Notes under the pieces: model-generated
The model's database searches: none
What the model was told of the DNA's origin: nothing
What the model saw: the letters and a program-made list of their open reading frames with translations, nothing else
Source: Candidatus Roizmanbacteria bacterium RIFCSPLOWO2_01_FULL_41_22
GTDB lineage: Bacteria; Patescibacteriota; Microgenomatia; UBA1406; GWC2-37-13
Length of the DNA stretch: 64,000 nt
Reading direction: 5' to 3'
Assembly: GCA_001789805.1 (NCBI GenBank)
Contig: MGAR01000018.1
Location: 35,981-99,980 of the forward strand
Shown: positions 55,934-63,989 of the stretch, one piece after another
Layout of the letters: every line of letters starts with the position of its first letter
Numbering within the stretch: position 1 is the first letter of the stretch
Program-made: the position numbers and the translations under genes

Positions 55934-56737
55934 ATGGGAACGCATATGCACGAACCTCAACCAACTCCCCCTTATGATCGACAAAAAGTCGAAGCCCACG
56001 TAAACGCTAATTTATTAGATGGAAAACGAAATCCGGCAATCTGGGGGAAACGTCGATGTGGCGACGATCGGGATGAACAACTTAATGCAGGAGAAGCGGT
56101 ATTTGGCGCCGATATTGGTTTCAGCGCTATCACACTGGCTACATTAAAAGACTACGGAGCAGTTACCAGTCAGGCAGACTGGCGTATGCAGGCGATCGCT
56201 ACTACCCATTCTGCTATTTCTCAAGAAAGAGTTTATTACGTGCATACCGGTAAACACGGCCAACCAGGAGTAATTGCCGGCGACTGCGGACATTTTAAGT
56301 GTATTCAGGGAGACGAGACATATGGTCTAGATCAGGTTGACATTCAAGCAATTCGAGATTATATGGCGGAAATGAAGGCAGCAGGACGTTTAAATGAGGT
56401 GAGTTACGAAGCAGAACATGCGGCCGGGGCAGTGGTGCGAGATTTCTCCAATCGATATGCGATCAGATCAAGAGATCCTAATCAACAGACCCAGGTTTTT
56501 GTATTACAGATAAAGAGAATTATGATCAATGTAAAGAAAACTGCTGTGCGGCTAGGGCAGGAGTTCCAGATTGATCCTGATGAGTTGTATCAAAAACTGT
56601 TAACTAAATTCAACCATCATACCGAATTGACTCGGCAGAAATTAGCTAATGACCTACCAATTTTTGATGCGATTGATGGAGATCAAGAAGGCAAGCTTGT
56701 TATTGAAGATGTTAATCCAGATAGGCCGATGGAGTAA
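55934..56737 (+). CDS. Hypothetical protein (267 aa)
   Basis: No family recognised. Divergent from the methyltransferase gene. Confidence 0.5.
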   Translation: MGTHMHEPQPTPPYDRQKVEAHVNANLLDGKRNPAIWGKRRCGDDRDEQLNAGEAVFGADIGFSAITLATLKDYGAVTSQADWRMQAIATTHSAISQERVYYVHTGKHGQPGVIAGDCGHFKCIQGDETYGLDQVDIQAIRDYMAEMKAAGRLNEVSYEAEHAAGAVVRDFSNRYAIRSRDPNQQTQVFVLQIKRIMINVKKTAVRLGQEFQIDPDELYQKLLTKFNHHTELTRQKLANDLPIFDAIDGDQEGKLVIEDVNPDRPME

Positions 56738-56739
56738 CT

Positions 56740-57555
56740 TTATGTCTTCTCCAAACAGTCTTTAAAAGATTTAAGCTTGAGTTTTTTAAATATTGTTTTC
56801 ATCTTCGACCACTGGGGGCGTTTGGCTTTGCCGGCAAAATACTGGGCGTAGGTGGTGGGCTTCACCAGCTCTTCGTTTAACTGAAAATACTGGGCAATTA
56901 GCTTGCCTGCATGATACGGCGACAAGCTTTGGCTTCCAACAAGATGATAAATCTGCGGCTGATAGTTATTCAGTAAGTTTTTTAATCCGTTGGCCAGATC
57001 ATCGATAAAAGTCGGGGTAAACTGCGAGTCAGTAACCATCACTACTTCCCGATTGGTTTCAAGCAAAGATTTGACAGTATGAACAAAGTCCTTTTTTTTA
57101 TTATTTTGCGATTTAAAAGGGTAAGATGTGCGCACAATCATTGCTTTACCTTGAACAATTTTTTCTCCTTCATATTTGGTTTGCCCATAGTAGCTGATTG
57201 GGTTAGGCTTGCTGTTTTCGTCGTAGGGCGGGTTTTTACCGTCAAAGACAAAATCAGTGGAAATGTAGATAAATTTTTTGTTTAAATCTTGGCACGTCTC
57301 AAACAGATTTTTTGTACCAGTGACATTGATTTTATAAGCCAGATCACGCTCCGATTCGGCGCCGTCAACTTTAGTGTAGGCAGCCAGATGGAGAAGAAGA
57401 TCAAAATTAATATTATTCAGTTTCTTATGTGCTTGTTTCTGATCAGTGATATCGACCTCAGAATGCGCAAGGGGAATAAACGTAAAGTCATGTTTAAGAA
57501 GTTCAACTACCCTTGACCCAACGAGTCCATATGCTCCGGTGATTGCGATGTTCAT
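56740..57555 (-). CDS. rfbD: dTDP-4-dehydrorhamnose reductase
   Basis: ITGAYGLVGSRV, YGQTKYEGE (YxxxK) and RmlD-like length. Confidence 0.75.
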   Translation of the reverse strand: MNIAITGAYGLVGSRVVELLKHDFTFIPLAHSEVDITDQKQAHKKLNNINFDLLLHLAAYTKVDGAESERDLAYKINVTGTKNLFETCQDLNKKFIYISTDFVFDGKNPPYDENSKPNPISYYGQTKYEGEKIVQGKAMIVRTSYPFKSQNNKKKDFVHTVKSLLETNREVVMVTDSQFTPTFIDDLANGLKNLLNNYQPQIYHLVGSQSLSPYHAGKLIAQYFQLNEELVKPTTYAQYFAGKAKRPQWSKMKTIFKKLKLKSFKDCLEKT

Positions 57556-57557
57556 AA

Positions 57558-57621
57558 ATTACGTAACATATAACATGTAGCATGTAACAAAAAAGAAGTG
57601 TTATATGTTATAGGTTTCATG
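57558..57621. repeat. Word-repeat hairpin, family H, copy 2
   Basis: GTAACATATAACATGTAGCATGTAAC ... GTGTTATATGTTATAGGTTTCATGTTACATGG are imperfect inverted arms between rfbB and rfbD. Confidence 0.65.
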
Positions 57622-58596
57622 TTACATGGTTTTTAATTTCTTCCACCAATCCTGATTATCCGTATACCATTTGACAGTCGTCTCAAGATCCAGGTCAAAG
57701 CTATGAGCTGGTTGCCAGCCAAACTCAGTTTTCATTCGACTCCAGTCGATAGCATAACGCCGATCATGTCCAGGTCGGTCTTTGACATACTCAATCTGGT
57801 TTTCATCTTTGCCCATGATTTTAAGAACGTTTTTGACAATTTCGATATTGGGAATATCCTGGGTCATATTGCCCACTAGGTAAGTATCGCCGATTTTTCC
57901 TTTCTGCAGAATAAGGTCAATAGCGCGGCAGTGGTCCTCCACATAGAGCCAATCGCGAACATATAAACCGTCGCCGTAGACAGGCATTTTTTTTCCTTCC
58001 AGTAAATTGGTAATTGCCAGAGGAATGAGTTTTTCGGGAAATTGATAGGGGCCGAAGTTATTGGAGCAGTTGGAAATAGTGATCGGCAATCCGTAAGTAT
58101 CATGATAAGCTCGTACCAGATGATCAGCGCCGGCTTTGGAGGCCGAGTAGGGGCTATGGGGGTTGTAGGGCGTGGTTTCGGTAAATTTTTGGCTGGAGTT
58201 AAGCGGCAAGGCGCCAAAAACTTCGTCAGTGGAGATATGGTGAAAACGTCGTAAATTGTAAGAGCGAGCAGAATCAAGGAGGACTTGAGTCCCCAAAACA
58301 TTGGTTTTAATAAAAGGTGAAGCGTCCATAATCGACCGGTCGACATGACTTTCCGCGGCAAAATGAACAACTATTTCAACTTGTTGCATCAACTCGTCAA
58401 CAATCTGCCGGTTACAAATGTCACCTTTTACAAAACGATAATTGGAGTTTTTTTCGACGCTTTTTAGATTCTCCAAATTACCGGCATAAGTGAGGTTGTC
58501 CAGGTTGACGATCTGGTCTTGAGGGTGTTGTTTTAACCAGTAAAGGATAAAGTTGGAACCGATAAAGCCGGCCCCGCCAGTGACTAAAAGTTTCAT
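57622..58596 (-). CDS. rfbB: dTDP-glucose 4,6-dehydratase
   Basis: VTGGAGFIGSNF and YSASKAGADHLV; RmlB length. Confidence 0.88.
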   Translation of the reverse strand: MKLLVTGGAGFIGSNFILYWLKQHPQDQIVNLDNLTYAGNLENLKSVEKNSNYRFVKGDICNRQIVDELMQQVEIVVHFAAESHVDRSIMDASPFIKTNVLGTQVLLDSARSYNLRRFHHISTDEVFGALPLNSSQKFTETTPYNPHSPYSASKAGADHLVRAYHDTYGLPITISNCSNNFGPYQFPEKLIPLAITNLLEGKKMPVYGDGLYVRDWLYVEDHCRAIDLILQKGKIGDTYLVGNMTQDIPNIEIVKNVLKIMGKDENQIEYVKDRPGHDRRYAIDWSRMKTEFGWQPAHSFDLDLETTVKWYTDNQDWWKKLKTM

Positions 58597-58667
58597 AATT
58601 ATTCTAAAAATTTATTATTTTGTTTCGTCTTACTGTTATTTTAGCACAATTGCGTTATAATTCTCTT

Positions 58668-59468
58668 ATGATTGACATTATGACAGAAGCCGCCAGAGCC
58701 GGCGGTAAAGTATTACTCTCCTATTTTCAAAAAGAACTTCAGATTAGCCACAAGACCTCACATCAGAACCTGGTGACTCAGGCTGACGTTGAGTCGCAAA
58801 AGATAATCCAGGCAACGATTGTGAAGCTGATGAAAGCCAAAGGTTATCAGGAAGAGGAGATTGGCTTTATCGGCGAGGAGGGAAACTTACGGGTTAAGGG
58901 AAAGTTTACTTTTGTTATCGACCCTTTGGACGGTACCAGCAATTTTGCTAGTGGAATTGAATTTTTTGGCGTTTATATCGCATTGTTAGTAGATCGAGAA
59001 CTGCAGGCGGGGGTGATGTATGCGCCGGTATTTGATGAGATTTATTTTGCTCAAAAGGACAAAGGCGCCTATAAAGAAAAAAACAGCCGGGTGAATAAAC
59101 TGGAGCTTGCGGTCAAACCTCTCAAAGAACAAATCCTGGGGACATATTTTACTTCGGACACAAAAAAAAGAGATAATACCAACAAGAAAGTTTTTCAACT
59201 GGCTAAACATTTACGGGGTCTACGCTGTTATGGAGGAATAAGTGGGATAATGTTACTTGAGAATTATTGCAATATTTATGTCGAGGGGTCGCCTAAACTG
59301 TGGGATGTGGCCGCCGAAAAAATCGTAGTCGAGGAGGCAGGGGGAAAAGTCGGCGACTGGAATGGGCAAGAGATTTCCCTGCACATCGATCAGCCTCACC
59401 AGTCCCATGAAGTCATCGTTTGCCACCCTTCGCAGATAAAAGAGATTGTCCGGTTGATGAATGCTTGA
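58668..59468 (+). CDS. Inositol monophosphatase-family phosphatase
   Basis: From MIDIMTEAA; GEEG and IDPLDGTSNF motifs. Confidence 0.75.
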   Translation: MIDIMTEAARAGGKVLLSYFQKELQISHKTSHQNLVTQADVESQKIIQATIVKLMKAKGYQEEEIGFIGEEGNLRVKGKFTFVIDPLDGTSNFASGIEFFGVYIALLVDRELQAGVMYAPVFDEIYFAQKDKGAYKEKNSRVNKLELAVKPLKEQILGTYFTSDTKKRDNTNKKVFQLAKHLRGLRCYGGISGIMLLENYCNIYVEGSPKLWDVAAEKIVVEEAGGKVGDWNGQEISLHIDQPHQSHEVIVCHPSQIKEIVRLMNA

Positions 59469-60696
59469 GTTTTTCTAAGTACGGCTTATTAATTGAATCC
59501 TCCAATATCTGCCAGCGCTTTTTTTTAATGTGGTGTGGGACATCGTCTTTCATCACTTTTGTCGCGGCGGTCATATACCGCTCAGAATATCTTGAAATAT
59601 ATGCTTTTTCAAACCCGACTTCACGGGCAAGTTTAGCTGTGTTTTGAAATTCTTCCTCGGTTTCACCGCAAAATCCGACAATGATGTCTGTTGTGATTTT
59701 AATATTTGGGATTTTGGATTTGAGTTTTGAGATTATCTTGAGGTATTCTTCCCGCGTGTACCATCTGTTCATCCGCTTCAGAACATTATTGTCTCCTGAC
59801 TGCACCGGAAGATGAATCGTCCGGGTAATATTTGGATATTGGGCAATCAGGTCTATGAGTTCATCTGAAAAATCCCAGGGGTTAGAAGAGATGAAATCAA
59901 CATTTTCAAAATCCATTTTTGCAACATCTTCAAGAAGATAAGGGAATAATGTTGGAATACGATGTCGCCCCAGATGTTTTACATACACAGGCTCAACAGT
60001 ACGGCCATTGTAGGTAAATTTGGCACGGATGGTAGAAACATCAAGTACTTTTGACTTCTCAAAATAGGTAGTGTCAATATCTCTTATCACTTGGATATTC
60101 TCTTTCCCCATGATCAAATCCGCTCCATAAGAATTTACATTTTGTCCCAGAAGCATCACTGAAGTATATCCTTTGGCTTTCAAATGTATACATTCCTCGA
60201 TGATATCTTCATACGGTCTGCTGATTTCACGGCCGCGGGTAAATGGCACAATACAAAAGGTACAAAAATTGTTACAGCCATTGGAGATAGGGACCCACGC
60301 ATGAGTCTGGCTTTGCCGCACCGGAACACTATCAAATCCAACCTCTTCTATCGGCATAAACTCATCAACCTCCGGCATCCGATCGCGTATTTTGGATAAA
60401 AATTTTCCGGTTTTGTCACGAAATGCGATGCCGACCATGCATCCGGTGACAATAATTTTGAAATGTTCTTGTTTACGTAGTTTGTCTGATTTAATTTTGG
60501 CAAGATTCTGTACCAATCCATAGACCCGCTCTTCAGCAGATGCCCTCACCATGCAGGTGTTGATGATGACATAGTTTGCATCTTTGTACCCACGAGCCTT
60601 GGTCATGCCGCGGCTGGCAAATGCCTGCTCGATCCGCTCTGAGTCTGCGACATTTTGCTGACAGCCGAAGGTTTTTATAAAATATTTTAAAGACAT
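59413..60696 (-). CDS. miaB: MiaB/RimO-family radical-SAM methylthiotransferase
   Basis: UPF0004 N-domain (FGCQQN, NTCMVR) and radical SAM GCNNFCTFC. Confidence 0.8.
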   Translation of the reverse strand: MSLKYFIKTFGCQQNVADSERIEQAFASRGMTKARGYKDANYVIINTCMVRASAEERVYGLVQNLAKIKSDKLRKQEHFKIIVTGCMVGIAFRDKTGKFLSKIRDRMPEVDEFMPIEEVGFDSVPVRQSQTHAWVPISNGCNNFCTFCIVPFTRGREISRPYEDIIEECIHLKAKGYTSVMLLGQNVNSYGADLIMGKENIQVIRDIDTTYFEKSKVLDVSTIRAKFTYNGRTVEPVYVKHLGRHRIPTLFPYLLEDVAKMDFENVDFISSNPWDFSDELIDLIAQYPNITRTIHLPVQSGDNNVLKRMNRWYTREEYLKIISKLKSKIPNIKITTDIIVGFCGETEEEFQNTAKLAREVGFEKAYISRYSERYMTAATKVMKDDVPHHIKKKRWQILEDSINKPYLEKLKHSSTGQSLLSAKGGKR

Positions 60697-60700
60697 GTGT

Positions 60701-61516
60701 CTATTCTAGCGGACTTTTAATGTTTTTGAGTTTCGGATTGGCCACATGCGTATATATTTGAGTTGATCTAATATTTTGATGACCAAGCAACTCTTGGACA
60801 TACCGTACGTCAACTCCGTTTTCCAAAAGATGCGTGGCAAAGCTATGGCGAAGGCTATGAAAGGTTGCGTCTTTATTAATCTCGACTTTTCTTACTGCTT
60901 TTTCAAAAACCTTTTGCGCAGTCCTGGTGGTTAGTTTTCCACCCCTTTCGCTGGCAAAAACAAAGTCGTCGATTTTCTTGCCGGCAATCAAATTTTTAAG
61001 CCCGTCAACCATTTTTTCCGGCAAAACACTGATTCTATCTTTTTGCCCTTTTGCCTGTTTGATATGAACGGTTAACTCCAACAGGTCAACATCTTTGACT
61101 TTCAGGGAAACAGCTTCGCTAACCCGAAGGCCAGCTCCATAGGAAAGCGATAATAATAGTTTATGTTTCGAATTTTGTATTGAGCCTAAAATACTATCAA
61201 TTTCATTTCTGGATAATACAACAGGCAGACTACTTGATTTTTTTGCAGATCGAATATCAATTTTCGAGGTTGTTCTGATGACTTCCTGATAAAAAAACTT
61301 GATAGCGCTTAAAAATATATTTCTGCTCTGGGGAGAAGTCCCTTTTTGCTCACGTTGTAATAAAAAGTTGCGAATATTTTCTTGATTAAGTATTTCTAAG
61401 TTGTCTTTCTTAAAGACTAAATATTCTTGCAAGCCATAAAGGTAACTTTTTACTGTTTTTGGGCTATAATTTCTGATTTTTAATTCTCGCTCTGTTTGCT
61501 CTAATTGTTTTCTCAT
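60701..61516 (-). CDS. IntI-like tyrosine recombinase without the integron-specific insertion
   Basis: R (GLRVSE), K (KGQKDR), HxxR (HSLRHSFATH), H (LLGH) and Y (IYTHV) are all present, with a tail of ...IKSPLE. Start is ATG 61516 or the alternative at 61573. Confidence 0.8.
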   Translation of the reverse strand: MRKQLEQTERELKIRNYSPKTVKSYLYGLQEYLVFKKDNLEILNQENIRNFLLQREQKGTSPQSRNIFLSAIKFFYQEVIRTTSKIDIRSAKKSSSLPVVLSRNEIDSILGSIQNSKHKLLLSLSYGAGLRVSEAVSLKVKDVDLLELTVHIKQAKGQKDRISVLPEKMVDGLKNLIAGKKIDDFVFASERGGKLTTRTAQKVFEKAVRKVEINKDATFHSLRHSFATHLLENGVDVRYVQELLGHQNIRSTQIYTHVANPKLKNIKSPLE

Positions 61517-61619
61517 TATTGTTTTGAAATATGTTAAAATACAGTCAGTTTTTATATGATTTAAGATTAACATAATATGGTATATTATACAACATTGTAA
61601 TTATATTACGAATACTATT

Positions 61620-61640
61620 CGTATAATAACGAGTTATACG
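61620..61640 (+). other. attI-like site
   Basis: CGTATAA-TAACGAG-TTATACG inverted repeat containing GTTATAC (61633-61639). Adjacent palindrome ACGAAT-ACT-ATTCGT (61608-61622). Confidence 0.5.
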
Positions 61641-61678
61641 CCATTCCATTTTTTAATTATTTGTAATAAAATCCAAAT

Positions 61679-62413
61679 ATGTGTACAACAGCCGCTAAAC
61701 AATTAAACGACAGTTGGTATCTTCTCAAAACTAGAGATCCAGTACCTTGGATGAGATGGGACGATGAAATAAAACTTTTCGATTCTAAAGCCGACAAGTT
61801 TAAAAAACTTATCATTCAAAATCCTGATCCTCACGAAGATGGTTACTACGGCGGAATTAATGGAAAAGGCGTTGCTTACGTATCGACTTTTGTCCGAGTT
61901 GCTGAAAATCAAGTTTCCTATATTCGGAGACCTTATGTCCGTCTGATATTAGATGCTTCAACCGCCAAAGAAGCTGTCGAAATCATCAAATCCTTCAACC
62001 CTCGGATCGGCGGAAATATGTTTGTGGCCGACCCTAAAGAGTGTTATGGAATTGAAGGTGTGCCAGAAAAATACCTTATTGAGAAAGTTAGTGAACCAAT
62101 GGTGAAGACCAACCATTTTGTTAACTTACCGAATAGGAATCTGGGATTTGATGAAGAAGAAAATTTTGAAAAATGGTCTTATGACCATTATGTTAGGGCA
62201 GAAGAATTAATTTCGACAGCTAATAGCTTAAAAGATTTTCAGCAACTCTTGCAGGATAGAAAGAACGCTGAAAAGAAGACAGCAATTTGCACAACGAAAG
62301 AGGAAGATGAGTGTTTTACGCATTCCGCCTTTATCTTTGATACAAAGAATCGAAAAGTTTTTTACTCCCAAGGCAACCCGTTGGAAAATGAGTTCAAGGA
62401 ATTTGGATTTTAA
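61679..62413 (+). CDS. Cassette 1: Ntn-hydrolase-like protein (C45/C59-type, N-terminal Cys)
   Basis: Starts MCT... (Cys2 as putative nucleophile). GGINGKGVA and the overall size resemble acyltransferase/choloylglycine-type Ntn hydrolases. Confidence 0.5.
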   Translation: MCTTAAKQLNDSWYLLKTRDPVPWMRWDDEIKLFDSKADKFKKLIIQNPDPHEDGYYGGINGKGVAYVSTFVRVAENQVSYIRRPYVRLILDASTAKEAVEIIKSFNPRIGGNMFVADPKECYGIEGVPEKYLIEKVSEPMVKTNHFVNLPNRNLGFDEEENFEKWSYDHYVRAEELISTANSLKDFQQLLQDRKNAEKKTAICTTKEEDECFTHSAFIFDTKNRKVFYSQGNPLENEFKEFGF

Positions 62414-62477
62414 ATATTTAAGGTAAAAAAATGGAACGTCTCCGCTGGCGCTCCGACCACGCTGCGCTCTTCGGGGC

Positions 62478-62593
62478 GTATAACACAGTATATCTGGAGA
62501 GTGCCTCAGCTCGGCACTCTCCCATATCCCGCCAAAATCTAATAAAATAAATCAAGGTATCGGTGGGACATCAGATATACTGAAACGTTAAGT
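62478..62593 (+). other. attC-like site 1 (116 bp)
   Basis: R''-like GTATAAC ... R'-like GTTAAGT. An 11-bp stem CAGTATATCTG/CAGATATACTG plus two inner hairpins. Confidence 0.65.
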
Positions 62594-62625
62594 GAAATTT
62601 GGCTCGAGACATCTAACCCTAAAAT

Positions 62626-63066
62626 ATGAGCAGAAAAATTTCTAAATACAGAAGTGAAGTAATAGAAAAATTCATAAATATTGAATCGTTGATGAATGCA
62701 ATTATCTCACAACACTACTTTAAAAAAGTGATCGCCCCTTTTGTTTTTGAGCTTCTTTACGATGTTAACTGCACTTTTGCCCTAAAAAGAAACATTTTAC
62801 AAAAAATTGAACCAAACTTTTCAAAACTAGAAACAATCAATCGTCTAAACAATATCAGAAATCTTTTTGCTCACTGTAATCAAGAAGTGTTTGAAGGCAG
62901 TAAGAAACCTGCCCCTGGAGAAACAGGCAAAGTCCTAGATCCCAAAGACACAAAGAAGGAATTAGATTTTGAAAAACTATATAAGGAGTTCACAAAGGAA
63001 GAAGGAAGCGTCACGCAAGCACTAGGAAACTTATACATGTCTTTGGGCGGTCAAATGGAAAAGTAG
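62626..63066 (+). CDS. Cassette 2: HEPN-domain protein (MtlR-like, Rx4H)
   Basis: LNNIRNLFAHC carries the R-x4-H HEPN motif in an all-helical 146-aa protein. Confidence 0.6.
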   Translation: MSRKISKYRSEVIEKFINIESLMNAIISQHYFKKVIAPFVFELLYDVNCTFALKRNILQKIEPNFSKLETINRLNNIRNLFAHCNQEVFEGSKKPAPGETGKVLDPKDTKKELDFEKLYKEFTKEEGSVTQALGNLYMSLGGQMEK

Positions 63067-63082
63067 TCTCTCGCCAAACATC

Positions 63083-63387
63083 ACTTAACACGGGCTAGCC
63101 GGTTCGCAAACCTCGAGTATTAATAATTTTTTTATAATCATTATGAGAAAAATACTAAAAATGATCTTTGCTGCTCTAGCAATTTTGGCAGTTTTTTTCC
63201 TAAGTGGAACACTTCTTGATAACCTTATTTTAAGACTCGATAGTGAGGCGGTATTTTTATCAGCACTGTCAATAACTATTATAGTGGTATTTTTGTATAA
63301 AAGGTTTGAGAAATAGCTTATTGTGAGGTTTGCTCACCCAAATTTGTCTCCGCTACGCCAAACTTCGGCTATCCAGAAACGTTATGC
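63083..63387 (+). other. Oversized attC-like site 2 (305 bp) enclosing a mini-ORF
   Basis: ACTTAAC ... GCAAACCTC / GAGGTTTGC ... TCACCCAAATTTGTCTCCGCTACGCC...CAGAAACGTTATGC. The arms are homologous to those of site 63874-63989. Confidence 0.55.
63143..63316 (+). CDS. Small two-TM membrane protein (57 aa; or 51 aa from the second ATG)
   Basis: Own translation: MRKILKMIFAALAILAVFFLSGTLLDNLILRLDSEAVFLSALSITIIVVFLYKRFEK. Confidence 0.45.
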   Translation: MRKILKMIFAALAILAVFFLSGTLLDNLILRLDSEAVFLSALSITIIVVFLYKRFEK

Positions 63388-63420
63388 GAAATAGAAAAAT
63401 TTTTTTATAATTAAATCAAT

Positions 63421-63855
63421 ATGAACGAACAATTACCAAATGCGGAATCAAGAGAAACTCCAAAAACAGTTTTGGATTACCTTTGCAACAAACACTCAAC
63501 TATTGCCAATGATTATCGAGCACCAGATGGTCGTTACTCTGAACATTGTGGTTTGATTGCAATCGATATTGCAAAGTTACTTCTTGCCGCTGGCAGGCAA
63601 CCATATATAGCAAAAGTTTCAGAAGATGTTCGCGAAGGTAGTGTTATCCGCTCAAAAACACTAACACCAACAATATACGAAGGCAGAGTAACATGGGGCG
63701 CCCATCAAGTTTGTTGCTGTAATGACCAAGCATTTGATCCAATGCTAGACAGACCAATTGCTATTAATGACTACACCAAAACTATTTTTGGAGAAGACAT
63801 TAAAATGGAAATCTTGATTCCGCACGAACAAATAGAGGAATTTATTAATAGGTAG
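63421..63855 (+). CDS. Cassette: hypothetical protein (144 aa) with Cys/His pattern
   Basis: EHCGLIAIDIAKLL ... WGAHQVCCC ... D suggests a possible papain/transglutaminase-like Cys-His-Asp arrangement. Weak evidence. Confidence 0.5.
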   Translation: MNEQLPNAESRETPKTVLDYLCNKHSTIANDYRAPDGRYSEHCGLIAIDIAKLLLAAGRQPYIAKVSEDVREGSVIRSKTLTPTIYEGRVTWGAHQVCCCNDQAFDPMLDRPIAINDYTKTIFGEDIKMEILIPHEQIEEFINR

Positions 63856-63873
63856 AAAATTTTTTTCTACATC

Positions 63874-63989
63874 GCCTAACAGCGTGTATGCGGTTCAAGA
63901 AAAAGTGCGTTAAATAATTTTCAAAGGTTGCACTTTTTCTTTCACCCAAATTCGCCTACGGCGAACTTCTCATAATCCTGACGTTATAT
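63874..63989 (+). other. attC-like site 3 (116 bp)
   Basis: GCCTAAC ... AAAAAGTGC/GCACTTTTT 9-bp stem ... TCACCCAAATTCGCCTACGGCGAACTTC...CTGACGTTATAT. Confidence 0.65.

Noticed and set aside
60701-61573. Recombinase considered as the housekeeping XerC/XerD with a dif site.
   Set aside because: No 28-bp dif-like palindrome is seen. The gene instead faces an array of cassette-like units with R''/R' complementarity and carries the IntI-like ...SPLE tail. A Xer-type ancestry is still possible and is discussed in the findings.
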